Source: Candidatus Shapirobacteria bacterium (GTDB taxonomy: Bacteria; Patescibacteriota; Microgenomatia; UBA12405). From it: a DNA stretch of 64,000 bases. Below, piece after piece: positions 27,864-37,032 of this stretch. A program made the translations under genes and the position numbers. Numbering within the stretch: the stretch's first letter is position 1; each line of letters starts with the position of its first letter. The stretch lies in the NCBI GenBank assembly GCA_041659325.1, contig JBAZYN010000004.1:583-64582 (forward strand). The letters are read 5' to 3'. The notes beneath the pieces are model-generated. The model ran no database searches, was not told the DNA's origin, and saw nothing but the letters and a program-made list of their open reading frames with translations.

Positions 27864-29108
27864 ATGTTAAATCCGAAAAAATATAGTCCGAGAAATTTCG
27901 AGGTTATTGATACCACCCTAAGGGAAGGTATCCAAAGTCCTCTTCTGGCAGACGTAGGTAAATATCACCTTTCTTCGGGCGAAAGAATCGACCTTACCCT
28001 TAATCTGATGAAATATGGCGTTCGGTTTTTAGAGGTTTTTTCTCCTATTGTAAACGAAAAAGAAGAAGGTCACTTAGCCCTTTTGATCAAAGCACGCGAT
28101 GGCTTTTACAAAGAAACCGGTCATTCGGTTTTTATTCTCGCCCACGTCCGTTGCCACCCCTCCGATGTTGAAATGGCCATTAAATCAGGAGTTGATGGCC
28201 TTAATTTTTACATGGGTACATCAGAAGAAAGCCAAAATTATAATCATGGTAAAAAAATTGATGAAATAATAAATACCCTTCGCCCTCTCCTTAGTGAAAT
28301 AAGGAAAAATCACCCTGACCTTTTATTGCGTTTCAGTGGTGAAGATGCCTTCAGAACCCCACTCGAAGATTTGTATGAGGTCTACGATTCAGTCGTTGAT
28401 CTGGTTGACAGGTTGGGTACTCCCGATACAGTCGGAATCGCTACCCCGGCGCAGGTGGAAGCGCGGGTACTTGCCCTTAAGAAAAGATATCCCAAAACCC
28501 CTCTGGAAGGTCACTTCCACAACGACCGCGGATACTCTCTGATCAATACCGTTACCGCCGTAAAGGCCGGAATGCAATATATCCAAACTTCAGTGATGGG
28601 TATCGGCGAGAGATCGGGGATTACCTCACTTACCGGGCTTTTGTGTAACCTTTATCTGGATGATCCAAAATCAATAGAGGGTTTTAGTCTCGAGCAATCC
28701 TATCCACTAAACGTTTTTTTATCAAGCGTTGTCGGGATACAGGTTCCTACCACCGAGCCAGTAAGTCTGACCAACCGGACTCACTCAGCTGGTCCCCACA
28801 CGTCGGCCGTCATTAAAAATTCCAGTGCCTACGAAGGCCACGATCTGTCTGTATTTGGCGTAAACGACCGTCGGCTTCTTTTGGGTCCGTTAAGTGGCAG
28901 GCATATAATAAAATACTATCTTACTAACGTATTGAATTTTCTTAATGTCACCGACGAAATAGCAAACGACATCGCTTCAGAGTTCAAGCTAAAAACCGGA
29001 GAAATAAAAAGCGGTAAAACTCCGACTCAGTTTCTTGAGCAGCTGGCCGCCACCCATAAATTGCAGAAACTTTCAAAGCCTGTCTCCCACCGGGAAAACT
29101 TGGGGTAA
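27864..29108 (+). CDS. DRE-TIM metallolyase: 2-isopropylmalate / homocitrate / citramalate synthase-like enzyme (no LeuA regulatory domain)
   Basis: IDTTLREGIQS (DTTLRDGEQ signature) and EGHFHNDRGYSLINTVTAVKAG (HxHNDxG...AN..AA..AG). 414 aa. Confidence 0.65.
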   Translation: MLNPKKYSPRNFEVIDTTLREGIQSPLLADVGKYHLSSGERIDLTLNLMKYGVRFLEVFSPIVNEKEEGHLALLIKARDGFYKETGHSVFILAHVRCHPSDVEMAIKSGVDGLNFYMGTSEESQNYNHGKKIDEIINTLRPLLSEIRKNHPDLLLRFSGEDAFRTPLEDLYEVYDSVVDLVDRLGTPDTVGIATPAQVEARVLALKKRYPKTPLEGHFHNDRGYSLINTVTAVKAGMQYIQTSVMGIGERSGITSLTGLLCNLYLDDPKSIEGFSLEQSYPLNVFLSSVVGIQVPTTEPVSLTNRTHSAGPHTSAVIKNSSAYEGHDLSVFGVNDRRLLLGPLSGRHIIKYYLTNVLNFLNVTDEIANDIASEFKLKTGEIKSGKTPTQFLEQLAATHKLQKLSKPVSHRENLG

Positions 29109-29179
29109 AACAAAGCCGGCTTTTCCCGGTTGACTACTGAGAATATTTTACCTATTCTAAGTATTAGCATTGTCAGGAG

Positions 29180-29300
29180 AATCTCCTTTCCGTTCATGCG
29201 GAGTAGGGGTCGGCAACCGAGTCCTCGACATAAGTCGGAATCGCGGTGCCATTGAACTCCGGTATCACCGGAACTCAGACATGCCTCTTATTAATTAAGG
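29180..29300 (+). ncRNA. Putative SAM-responsive riboswitch (SAM-I-like or SAM-I/IV variant) in the metK leader
   Basis: Contains GGCAACC, a P3-like hairpin, GGUGCCAUUGAACUCC (SAM-I 'GGUGCCAAUUCC' box) and a P4-like hairpin CCGGU-AUC-ACCGG. A CCUCUU segment can pair with the AAGGAGG SD just before the ATG. Confidence 0.5.
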
Positions 29301-29307
29301 AGGAAAA

Positions 29308-30420
29308 ATGAACTATTCTCTATTTACGTCCGAATCTGTTTGCGCCGGTCACCCCGATAAAGTTTGCGACCAAATTTCCGATGCTGTTGTCGATGCCGCC
29401 ATTAAACTTTACCCCAAATCCCGGGTTGCCTGCGAATCCCTGGTTACCGGCGGCAAAATTGTTTTGGCCGGTGAAGTTACCTGTCCGCTGCCCATAAATT
29501 TTGAAGAAATCGCCAGGAATAAAGTTAAAGAATTGGGCTATATAAAAAAAGAATTGGGATTTAATTACAAAGCGGATGTCGAAGTTTATATTCACCGCCA
29601 GTCTCCCGATATCGCCCTGGGTGTTGATGACGGTGGGGCAGGGGATCAGGGGATGATGTTTGGTTATGCCTGTGACGAAACTAAAAATTTAATGCCTCTA
29701 CCAATTACCTTAGCCCACGAATTATGCCGGCAAATGGATGAGTTACACTCCAAATATTCCTGGCTCCGTCCCGATGGTAAATCCGAAGTTGCCGTCAATT
29801 ATGAAAAAGGCCGTCCCGTTTCTGTGGAAAAAATTGTTTTGGCCAAACCCATAAATTACAAGGAAATTGGGAGCGATGAAGCAAAAGATATTTTGTATGA
29901 GCAGGCAATCAAACCGATCATGGATAAATACAAAATGAATTTAATTATAAAAGACCAGGTCATCTTTAATGGTACTGGGAAATGGGAAATTGGTGGTCCG
30001 GCTTCTGATACCGGTGTAACCGGCCGGAAAATTGTTGTCGATACTTACGGTGGCATGGCCAGAATCGGTGGCGGCTGTTTTTCGGGTAAAGATACCACCA
30101 AAGTAGACAGGAGCGCCGCCTATGCCGCCCGATTGATTGCCAAAAATATTGTTGCCGCCGGTTTAGCCCGCCGCTGCGAGGTTCAACTTGCTTATGCTAT
30201 CGGGGTAAGGGATCCCATCGCCAAAGCCGTCGAGACTTTTGGCACGGCAACAAAAGACCAAAAAGTTATCAGTGATTTTGCCTGGGAATTACTGGATCTT
30301 TCTGTAGAAGGCATTAACACTGGTTTGAACCTCCGCCAACCGATATATCAAAAAACCGCTGCCTACGGCCATTTCGGTAATCCGCTTTATCCTTGGGAAA
30401 AATTGTCGATTTCTTCCTGA
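29308..30420 (+). CDS. metK: S-adenosylmethionine synthetase
   Basis: FTSESVCAGHPDKVCDQISDAV, GGGCFSGKDTTKVDRSAAYAAR, and the glycine-rich GDQG loop. Confidence 0.92.
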   Translation: MNYSLFTSESVCAGHPDKVCDQISDAVVDAAIKLYPKSRVACESLVTGGKIVLAGEVTCPLPINFEEIARNKVKELGYIKKELGFNYKADVEVYIHRQSPDIALGVDDGGAGDQGMMFGYACDETKNLMPLPITLAHELCRQMDELHSKYSWLRPDGKSEVAVNYEKGRPVSVEKIVLAKPINYKEIGSDEAKDILYEQAIKPIMDKYKMNLIIKDQVIFNGTGKWEIGGPASDTGVTGRKIVVDTYGGMARIGGGCFSGKDTTKVDRSAAYAARLIAKNIVAAGLARRCEVQLAYAIGVRDPIAKAVETFGTATKDQKVISDFAWELLDLSVEGINTGLNLRQPIYQKTAAYGHFGNPLYPWEKLSISS

Positions 30421-32093
30421 GTTATCTTCCTGAAAATCGGAGTAGGTAATTCGGGGTGAACAAATATTCCAAACAATGAATTAATGTGGTCAAGTTCATT
30501 CTTTTCTTCTGGCCACACATGAAAATTTTCTATACCCAGATTTTTAGCCAGCTCGTCAGAAGCTTCGGGCATCAAAGGATATATTAAATATCCCAGCGCC
30601 AATATTATTGCATAATAGTTTTTTAGTGATTTTAAATATGCCTCTGTGTTTTGATTCTTCAATATCCATAATTTTTCCTGCCCCAAAACTCTGTTACCGA
30701 AATCCGATAAATCACAAATTGCATCCAGGTAATCCCTAAATTGGCAATTTTCCAAATACTTTCTTGACCGCTCAAACGCCTTATTAATTTCTGATCTTGT
30801 TTCCTCAGACACTGCTAAATCGTTTGTCTGTGAAGTATCGGTATCTTTTGAAATGGACAAAACCCGGTGGATAAAATTTCCCAAATTTGCCACCAGTACT
30901 CCATTATTTTTTTCCAAAAAGTCAGGCCACTTAAAGCTGGAATCTTTGGTTTCGGGCATTATTAAGGTCAGATAAAATCGAAGCGCATTGTTTCCAAAGC
31001 TAGAAACCATTTCATCAATACCAAGCGACATTCCCCGGCTTTTAGAAAACTTCTTTCCGTCGTAGTCCAAAAACATATTGATACTTGTCAAATCAGGCAG
31101 ATGTAGCTCTTTATCTTTTACTATTAGCTGTCCCGGCCAAAATAATGTATGAAATATCAGATTATCCTTCCCCATAAAGTAATAGTGTTTTGACTCTTTG
31201 TTATACCAGTATTCTTTCCAATCCTTTCCTGTTTTTTCAGCCCACAAAAGCGATGCCGAATAATATCCGATCACCGCATCAAACCACACATATATCCGCT
31301 TGTTTTTGGCGCCATCAATCCGCATCTCTGGCGGAATTTCATCTGTAGGGATCTCCACCCCCCAGTCGATATCCCGGGTAATTGCCCGCGGTATTAGCCC
31401 CTGCTTTAGCCATCCTATACTTTCCGAGAAAACCCACTGCTTCCACTTAGGTCCGGTTTTTTCTACATAATTTTTTATCTCCGGTTCCAATTTTGCCCAA
31501 TCAATAAAGTAATGTTTTGTCTCTCTAAAAACTACCGCTGACCCCGTCATTTTACTGTGCGGGTTTTCCAATTCATCCTGACTTAACAATTTTCCACAAT
31601 TATCACACTGATCACTTCTGGCATCCGTAAACCCGCAGTTTTTACAGGTCCCAATAACATATCTATCCGGCAAAAAACGCTTTTCCTGCTCTGAATAATA
31701 CTGTTTTGTTGTCTCCACAAACAAATAGCCCTTTTTCAAAAACTCCAAAAAAAATTCCTGAGTAATTTTTGCGTGATGATCTGTGTCGGTTCTGGTATAT
31801 AGATCATACGTCAGTTTTAAAACGTCATTAAACAAATGCACATTTTTTTTATGATAAATATCCGCCACTTCTTTTGGCGTAATTCCTTTTTGATCGGCCT
31901 CTATTGTTATTGGTGTCCCGTAACAATCCGATCCTGATACCATCAGCACATCGTTGCCAATTGCTCTCTGATATCGGGAGGTAATGTCTGCCGGCAGCAA
32001 ATATCCCGCCAGATGGCCGATATGAAGATCGCCATTTACATAAGGCCACGCTACCCCAATTAGAATTTTTCTTTTACCTTTTTTTTGTTCCAT
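30387..32093 (-). CDS. metG: Methionyl-tRNA synthetase (class I, short form)
   Basis: HIGH motif (DLHIGHLAGY), KMSKS variant (KKFSKSRG), and a CxxC...CxxC knuckle (CKNCG...CDNCG). Confidence 0.92.
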   Translation of the reverse strand: MEQKKGKRKILIGVAWPYVNGDLHIGHLAGYLLPADITSRYQRAIGNDVLMVSGSDCYGTPITIEADQKGITPKEVADIYHKKNVHLFNDVLKLTYDLYTRTDTDHHAKITQEFFLEFLKKGYLFVETTKQYYSEQEKRFLPDRYVIGTCKNCGFTDARSDQCDNCGKLLSQDELENPHSKMTGSAVVFRETKHYFIDWAKLEPEIKNYVEKTGPKWKQWVFSESIGWLKQGLIPRAITRDIDWGVEIPTDEIPPEMRIDGAKNKRIYVWFDAVIGYYSASLLWAEKTGKDWKEYWYNKESKHYYFMGKDNLIFHTLFWPGQLIVKDKELHLPDLTSINMFLDYDGKKFSKSRGMSLGIDEMVSSFGNNALRFYLTLIMPETKDSSFKWPDFLEKNNGVLVANLGNFIHRVLSISKDTDTSQTNDLAVSEETRSEINKAFERSRKYLENCQFRDYLDAICDLSDFGNRVLGQEKLWILKNQNTEAYLKSLKNYYAIILALGYLIYPLMPEASDELAKNLGIENFHVWPEEKNELDHINSLFGIFVHPELPTPIFRKITQEEIDNFSQG

Positions 32094-32215
32094 TTAATTT
32101 AACTATCCCAATAATTTACATCAAATTATAGCAAACTTGCGGCTATCCATAAGCCTTAGCCCAGACTTTGCCACAAGGAGCTTCTTGCTGTCCATCACTT
32201 AATCTTGTTTTGCCT

Positions 32216-32221
32216 TATAAT
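32216..32221 (+). promoter_or_regulatory. -10 box TATAAT 7 nt upstream of the ABC-F start (leaderless or near-leaderless transcript)
   Basis: The sequence reads tgccTTATAATaggacacATG. The divergent intergenic region also carries a TATAAT for metG on the opposite strand (32125-32130). Confidence 0.35.
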
Positions 32222-32228
32222 AGGACAC

Positions 32229-33686
32229 ATGATTAGAGTAGAAAATTTATCATTTACCTGGACTGACAAGCCCATTTTTAGTGGCGTAAATTTTTCCGTC
32301 AGCAATGGGGAAAAAATTGGGCTAGTCGGTGTAAATGGATCCGGAAAAACTACCTTATTCAAAATATTAGCCGGACAGGAACAGGCCGACGATGGTCGTG
32401 TCACCATCGATGGAAAAATTACTTTTGTTCCCCAGGAAGTCAAATCCGATCCGATTTTAGATAACGCCAAAAACGTTTTTGATTATTTAAATGTCTCCAA
32501 TTGTCCCGATTATGAGGTCAAGAGAGTTTTAGCCGGGTTGGGTCTGACAAACCTGGATACCGGTGTCCCTCCCCGGGTTTTAAGTGGTGGTCAAAAAACC
32601 AGGCTAGCATTAGCCAGAGCCATTTTGGGCAGGGGAAAAATTTTACTTCTTGATGAACCGACAAATTTTTTGGACGAAGAAGGCAAAAAGTGGGTGATCA
32701 ATTTTATAACCCGCTTCGACGGGACAGTGCTTCTGATTTCTCATGACCTGGAATTTATCGGTGGGAAATTGGACAAAATTTTTTACATCAGTCCCCAAAC
32801 CAAAGGTATAGATATTTATAGCGGTAATTATCAAAGTTTTATAAAGCTAAAAACCGAAAAAGAAGCCCTGTTGAAAAGACAAATCGAGACCGAACAAAAA
32901 CATTTAACCCAAATGAAAAAAGGATTATTAAAGATCGCCCATTTTAAGTCAAAAAAAGGTGTCAAGGCCAGAATGAATCTTCAAAGAAGGGTGGAAAAGA
33001 TGGAAGATAATATGCCCATCATGCCTCCCGAAGCCAAAAAAATCAAACTTATCCTACCGGAGCCGATGTGGGTGGGCCAAATGCCTCTTTTCACCAAAAA
33101 CATCAGCAAATCCTTTGGCCCCAAAAAAGTTTTATCCAAAATTAATTTGTCCATTAAAAGAGGTTACAAGACCGCCCTTTTAGGTCCAAATGGGGCCGGT
33201 AAATCAACTTTGATCAAAATTTTGCTAGGGCAGCTAATTCCCGACGAAGGGGAAGTCGTCCGCGATCCAAAATTAAAATGGGGTTATTATTGTCAAGAAT
33301 TATCCGACCTTATTCCGGAGTTAACTTTATTCGAAACCATCAAAAAACTAGAAGGTGGTCTCCTGGAGGGTCAAATCCGCGCTCTTTTGGGCCGCATGCT
33401 CTTTGTCAACGACAAAGTGTTTCAGAAAGTTGCATCGTTGTCCGGGGGAGAAAAAACCAGATTATCTATTGCCCGCCTACTTGCCCAAAATTTCAACTTT
33501 TTGGTTTTGGACGAACCCACCACCTATTTGGACCCTCTGTCGCAAAGATTGATATTGGAGTCTCTCAAAGACTACCGCGGTGCTATGTTGATTGTTTCGC
33601 ACAATCAGGCATTTATCGACGAATTATCAGTCGATCAAAAACTTTATTTGCCTGAAAACCGTATTGAAGAAAAACTAAGTATTTAG
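32229..33686 (+). CDS. ABC-F family ATPase (tandem ABC domains, no TM; translation-associated)
   Basis: Two Walker A motifs (GVNGSGKTT, GPNGAGKST), two signature motifs (LSGGQKTR, LSGGEKTR), and a linker between the domains. Confidence 0.85.
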   Translation: MIRVENLSFTWTDKPIFSGVNFSVSNGEKIGLVGVNGSGKTTLFKILAGQEQADDGRVTIDGKITFVPQEVKSDPILDNAKNVFDYLNVSNCPDYEVKRVLAGLGLTNLDTGVPPRVLSGGQKTRLALARAILGRGKILLLDEPTNFLDEEGKKWVINFITRFDGTVLLISHDLEFIGGKLDKIFYISPQTKGIDIYSGNYQSFIKLKTEKEALLKRQIETEQKHLTQMKKGLLKIAHFKSKKGVKARMNLQRRVEKMEDNMPIMPPEAKKIKLILPEPMWVGQMPLFTKNISKSFGPKKVLSKINLSIKRGYKTALLGPNGAGKSTLIKILLGQLIPDEGEVVRDPKLKWGYYCQELSDLIPELTLFETIKKLEGGLLEGQIRALLGRMLFVNDKVFQKVASLSGGEKTRLSIARLLAQNFNFLVLDEPTTYLDPLSQRLILESLKDYRGAMLIVSHNQAFIDELSVDQKLYLPENRIEEKLSI

Positions 33687-33693
33687 TCAGTCC

Positions 33694-34170
33694 CTATTCT
33701 TTTATCTCTTCAGTCGCTGCTATTTCTTCGGCCAACTTTATTACTTTTTTAGCTCTTTTTACAGGTTTTACTACTTCAATCTCCCTAGTTTCTTTTTGCC
33801 CGGATTTAGCTTTAGTGGAGTTCAACAAATCCAAAATCTTTCCCAGTTTCGAATTAATTGAAACCAACAGGTCATTGGTTTGGTTTTGACTTTGACCGGA
33901 GTCACTTTTTCTTCCTCCGTCAAATGGCTGTCTGTCAAAGCTTGGTCTTCTCTGCTCAAACCCTCTTTGATTTTTCTCGAAACAATTTGAACAATATATC
34001 GGTTTACTGCCATCCGGTTCAAATGGTACCTGACAATCCCGTCCGCACTCATCGCATACCGCCGGGTACATTCTTCTATCTTGACTCTGTCCTCCTCGGC
34101 CGCCAAAATCTCTTTTGGGTCCAAAACTTCTCCGGTTATCTTGTCTGTCGTCTCTATTGAAATATGTCAT
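33694..34170 (-). CDS. CxxC-x17-CxxC zinc-ribbon domain protein with Arg/Gly-rich N-terminus
   Basis: CDECGRDCQVPFEPDGSKPIYCSNC has exact CxxC-x17-CxxC spacing. The N-terminus is RGG-like and the C-terminus is K/E-rich. Confidence 0.7.
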   Translation of the reverse strand: MTYFNRDDRQDNRRSFGPKRDFGGRGGQSQDRRMYPAVCDECGRDCQVPFEPDGSKPIYCSNCFEKNQRGFEQRRPSFDRQPFDGGRKSDSGQSQNQTNDLLVSINSKLGKILDLLNSTKAKSGQKETREIEVVKPVKRAKKVIKLAEEIAATEEIKE

Positions 34171-34254
34171 AGAAAGATTCTACCACAAGATAAGCGGAAA
34201 TAACTAACCTGCAAAGATGATAAAAATTGGTATCGGATAGGCTATTATTAATAT

Positions 34255-37032
34255 GTGGTGAAAAAGATCATCTTTTTTCTATTCCTGTGGCTTGGGTCAA
34301 CTTCTGATTTACAGGCCGCCGACCTCCAAAGCACCTATCTTCGTCTGGACAGAAACAAAACCGGTCTTAGCCCCGGAAAAGTCTTGGTAGTCACCAAAAC
34401 AACTTCATCGGCTACCGAAGATGGTGTCAGAATTACCGTCGGCACCGGTTGGACTATTAACACTAATGCTTCTGCTTTTTCAGTTTCTACCATAAATTTA
34501 CCCGAAGGAGTTTCTGCCTGGCCGGGGATAGACACTGCTGTCGCGGTCAACGGCCAAGCAATCACTTTTCCCGGTGTCGACCTGGCTCCGGGCGAATTTT
34601 ATGGCTTCTATATTACCGGTGGAATAGGCGTAAACGGCCAGGTTAGCAGCAGCAACTATGTTTGGGAGGTTGCCACTTTAAGCGGTGGATTAGCCGACGG
34701 TACCATAGAGGTTGGGGTGCCGGTTGTGGCCGCTGATTCAATCACGGTAACTGGAACTGTTCCCGCCAATCCCTCAGATTATCCGGTCAGTATTTCCTCG
34801 GACCTTACCGGAAACGCGTCACAAAACCAGACACTCAACTATCAGATAGATTATGGTTCTTTATCTGCCGCCATTACCAAACCTCTGACCATAAAAGCCG
34901 AGTGGAGTCGTGGTACTCTGGAGAACTTTCCTATCCCGACTCTGGATATACTTGATTATGTAATCGGTAGCGGTACCAGTGCTTACAATGGGGTAGAGCC
35001 GGTAATAGATCTGATTGACCGGACAATTACCTGGACAATTCCCGATTTCCCGACAAACACTTTAGGTCAGACTGTTAGTTTCAGTCTGCAGACAAACGAT
35101 CAATATACCGGTTCCAGCCTAGTTAATTTCGATGTCAGTGTCACCGTCACTGCCGGTAACATCACGGTTGCTACCGACACAATAAACCAATATTATCAAT
35201 ACAATCCGCCATATTTATCACCAACTCCGACCCCGACCTCAATCCCCACTCCCACTTCTGTTTCCACTCCGGCTCCGACCTCTACCTCCACTCCCGCAAT
35301 TACTCTCGCTCCCGGTATTCCCACGGCCACGTCCGCCCCTGCAGCAACCTCGACTCCGGTTCAAGGCCCGACTCCCACCCCAAAACCTTTTAGGGAAAAG
35401 CTCAAAATAGAGAAAGTAGAAATAATAAATTTGTCCTCAAACGAGGCTGGAATCAGGGTAGCTACCAATATCCCTCTTGATAAATTAATTTTGACATATG
35501 GTTTAACTCCGAAAAAAATTACTCAAAAAATTATATTTTTAAAGCCGGATAATTTCGAAATATTTTTACTAACCAACCTTAATCCCCAAAACCTATATTA
35601 TTTTCGTTTGGAAGCACAAGCCGATACCGATAGATTGTTTTCGGATATTTTTACTTTCAAAACTCCCGCCGTTTCTGATCTTCCCGAAGTTGTAAAATCC
35701 ACTCTACTAGCGAATAGTGACGGTAAGGTTTTATATGACGCCGCCAGAATAGACAAAGAAATCAATGATTATTTGGTAATTATTCCCAAAGCGGTTGAAT
35801 ATTCTATTCAATTCCAGGTCGATAAACACGATTTGGTAAAGCAGGCTACCCTGATATTAAAAAGCCGCCAGGTTTTGGGGATTAGTAGCGCCTATGGAGC
35901 GGAACCCGCCAGTAGTTTAACTGATTTAATCGAAATTAGACCCGGTTGGTTCATGGGAAGACTTTTAAGTCCTTCAGAAGTAAGCTTCTATGAAATGTCC
36001 GTCAGACTGTCGGGTATCAACGGCACCATAATAGAAAACAAGTTGGCCGACATGGAAATAATCGAGCCGATGCGAATTTTGGAGTTGGAATCCCTTGCTC
36101 CCATTGAATCCGCCAAAGTCGAAATTAGTTTGTATAATTCAAAAGAAAAAAGGTTTTTAATAATCCCCCCAAACACTCTGTTGTCAGAAAATCCCGTATT
36201 TTCAGAAACAGACGGTGAAGTGGCTTTGGTTCTGCCAAGGGGTAAATATCGGGCCAAAGTCACTGCTTTGGGTTATTCAGAAAAACAAACCGAGTTTGAA
36301 ATTAGCGCTGGTGGCGATTTAAAGCTACCGTCAATTTATCTAGAAAAAGACAAATTTAATTTATTGGTAGTTGGCAGATATTACTCTGGTACTTTCACAG
36401 ATGTTTGGCAATATTGTAAAAACAACCTGAAATATCTATTTTCCTCCGGAAGATTTTTCAATCTAGTCGCCCTGATAAACTTGATTCTGCTGGTTATTAA
36501 TACCACTATATTTTATAGAAATAGCCTAAAAACTAACATTTTCGGAGGCAAAAACCGCGACGACTATATAGATGGAAAAATAAATGTCTCTGGAGCCGAT
36601 ATCATTCTGATTGATGCTGAAGCCAGTAGGATCCTGGCCAAAACCAAAAGCAATTGGTTGGGGCGCTTCCGTTTCAAGCTCAAACCGGCCAAAAGATATA
36701 AGTTGTCTGCCTCCAAAAGCGGATACGAGACTTCCCCGTTCTTTGAATATGTTGGCGATGAGGGAATTTTAGCAGGCGATATTAAAATCAATCTGAAAAG
36801 ATCAGAAGACAAACAAAAACTCAAATATATCCTCAACGAGTGGTTCTACTGGGAAATTTCAGATTTATCTACGGGGGTTTTAAACATTTCAGTCTTGTTG
36901 GTCGAAATACTTTTTATTAATAAATTCGGTTGGTCGGCAACCGCTATATGGATATTAATTGGTATATTAAATTTAATCTTGTGGTTAGTTTATACTTACA
37001 GAAATGGCAATAAAGTGGTGGCAAAACCTTAA
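34255..37032 (+). CDS. Large surface protein (925 aa): signal peptide, N-domain shared with the 38138 protein, PT linker, CarboxypepD_reg-like domain, C-terminal TM helices
   Basis: The N-terminus LRLDRNKTGLSPGKVLVVTKTTSSATEDGVRITVG is homologous to the 38138 protein. PT linker at about 35220-35400. GKINVSGADIILID...GYETS fold. Two C-terminal hydrophobic helices. Confidence 0.6.
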   Translation: MVKKIIFFLFLWLGSTSDLQAADLQSTYLRLDRNKTGLSPGKVLVVTKTTSSATEDGVRITVGTGWTINTNASAFSVSTINLPEGVSAWPGIDTAVAVNGQAITFPGVDLAPGEFYGFYITGGIGVNGQVSSSNYVWEVATLSGGLADGTIEVGVPVVAADSITVTGTVPANPSDYPVSISSDLTGNASQNQTLNYQIDYGSLSAAITKPLTIKAEWSRGTLENFPIPTLDILDYVIGSGTSAYNGVEPVIDLIDRTITWTIPDFPTNTLGQTVSFSLQTNDQYTGSSLVNFDVSVTVTAGNITVATDTINQYYQYNPPYLSPTPTPTSIPTPTSVSTPAPTSTSTPAITLAPGIPTATSAPAATSTPVQGPTPTPKPFREKLKIEKVEIINLSSNEAGIRVATNIPLDKLILTYGLTPKKITQKIIFLKPDNFEIFLLTNLNPQNLYYFRLEAQADTDRLFSDIFTFKTPAVSDLPEVVKSTLLANSDGKVLYDAARIDKEINDYLVIIPKAVEYSIQFQVDKHDLVKQATLILKSRQVLGISSAYGAEPASSLTDLIEIRPGWFMGRLLSPSEVSFYEMSVRLSGINGTIIENKLADMEIIEPMRILELESLAPIESAKVEISLYNSKEKRFLIIPPNTLLSENPVFSETDGEVALVLPRGKYRAKVTALGYSEKQTEFEISAGGDLKLPSIYLEKDKFNLLVVGRYYSGTFTDVWQYCKNNLKYLFSSGRFFNLVALINLILLVINTTIFYRNSLKTNIFGGKNRDDYIDGKINVSGADIILIDAEASRILAKTKSNWLGRFRFKLKPAKRYKLSASKSGYETSPFFEYVGDEGILAGDIKINLKRSEDKQKLKYILNEWFYWEISDLSTGVLNISVLLVEILFINKFGWSATAIWILIGILNLILWLVYTYRNGNKVVAKP

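Noticed and set aside
29090-29140. A weak hairpin AGCCGG-CTTTTC-CCGGTT after the LeuA-like gene as an intrinsic terminator.
   Set aside because: The stem is only 4-5 bp with no U-tract. The region more likely belongs to the metK leader.
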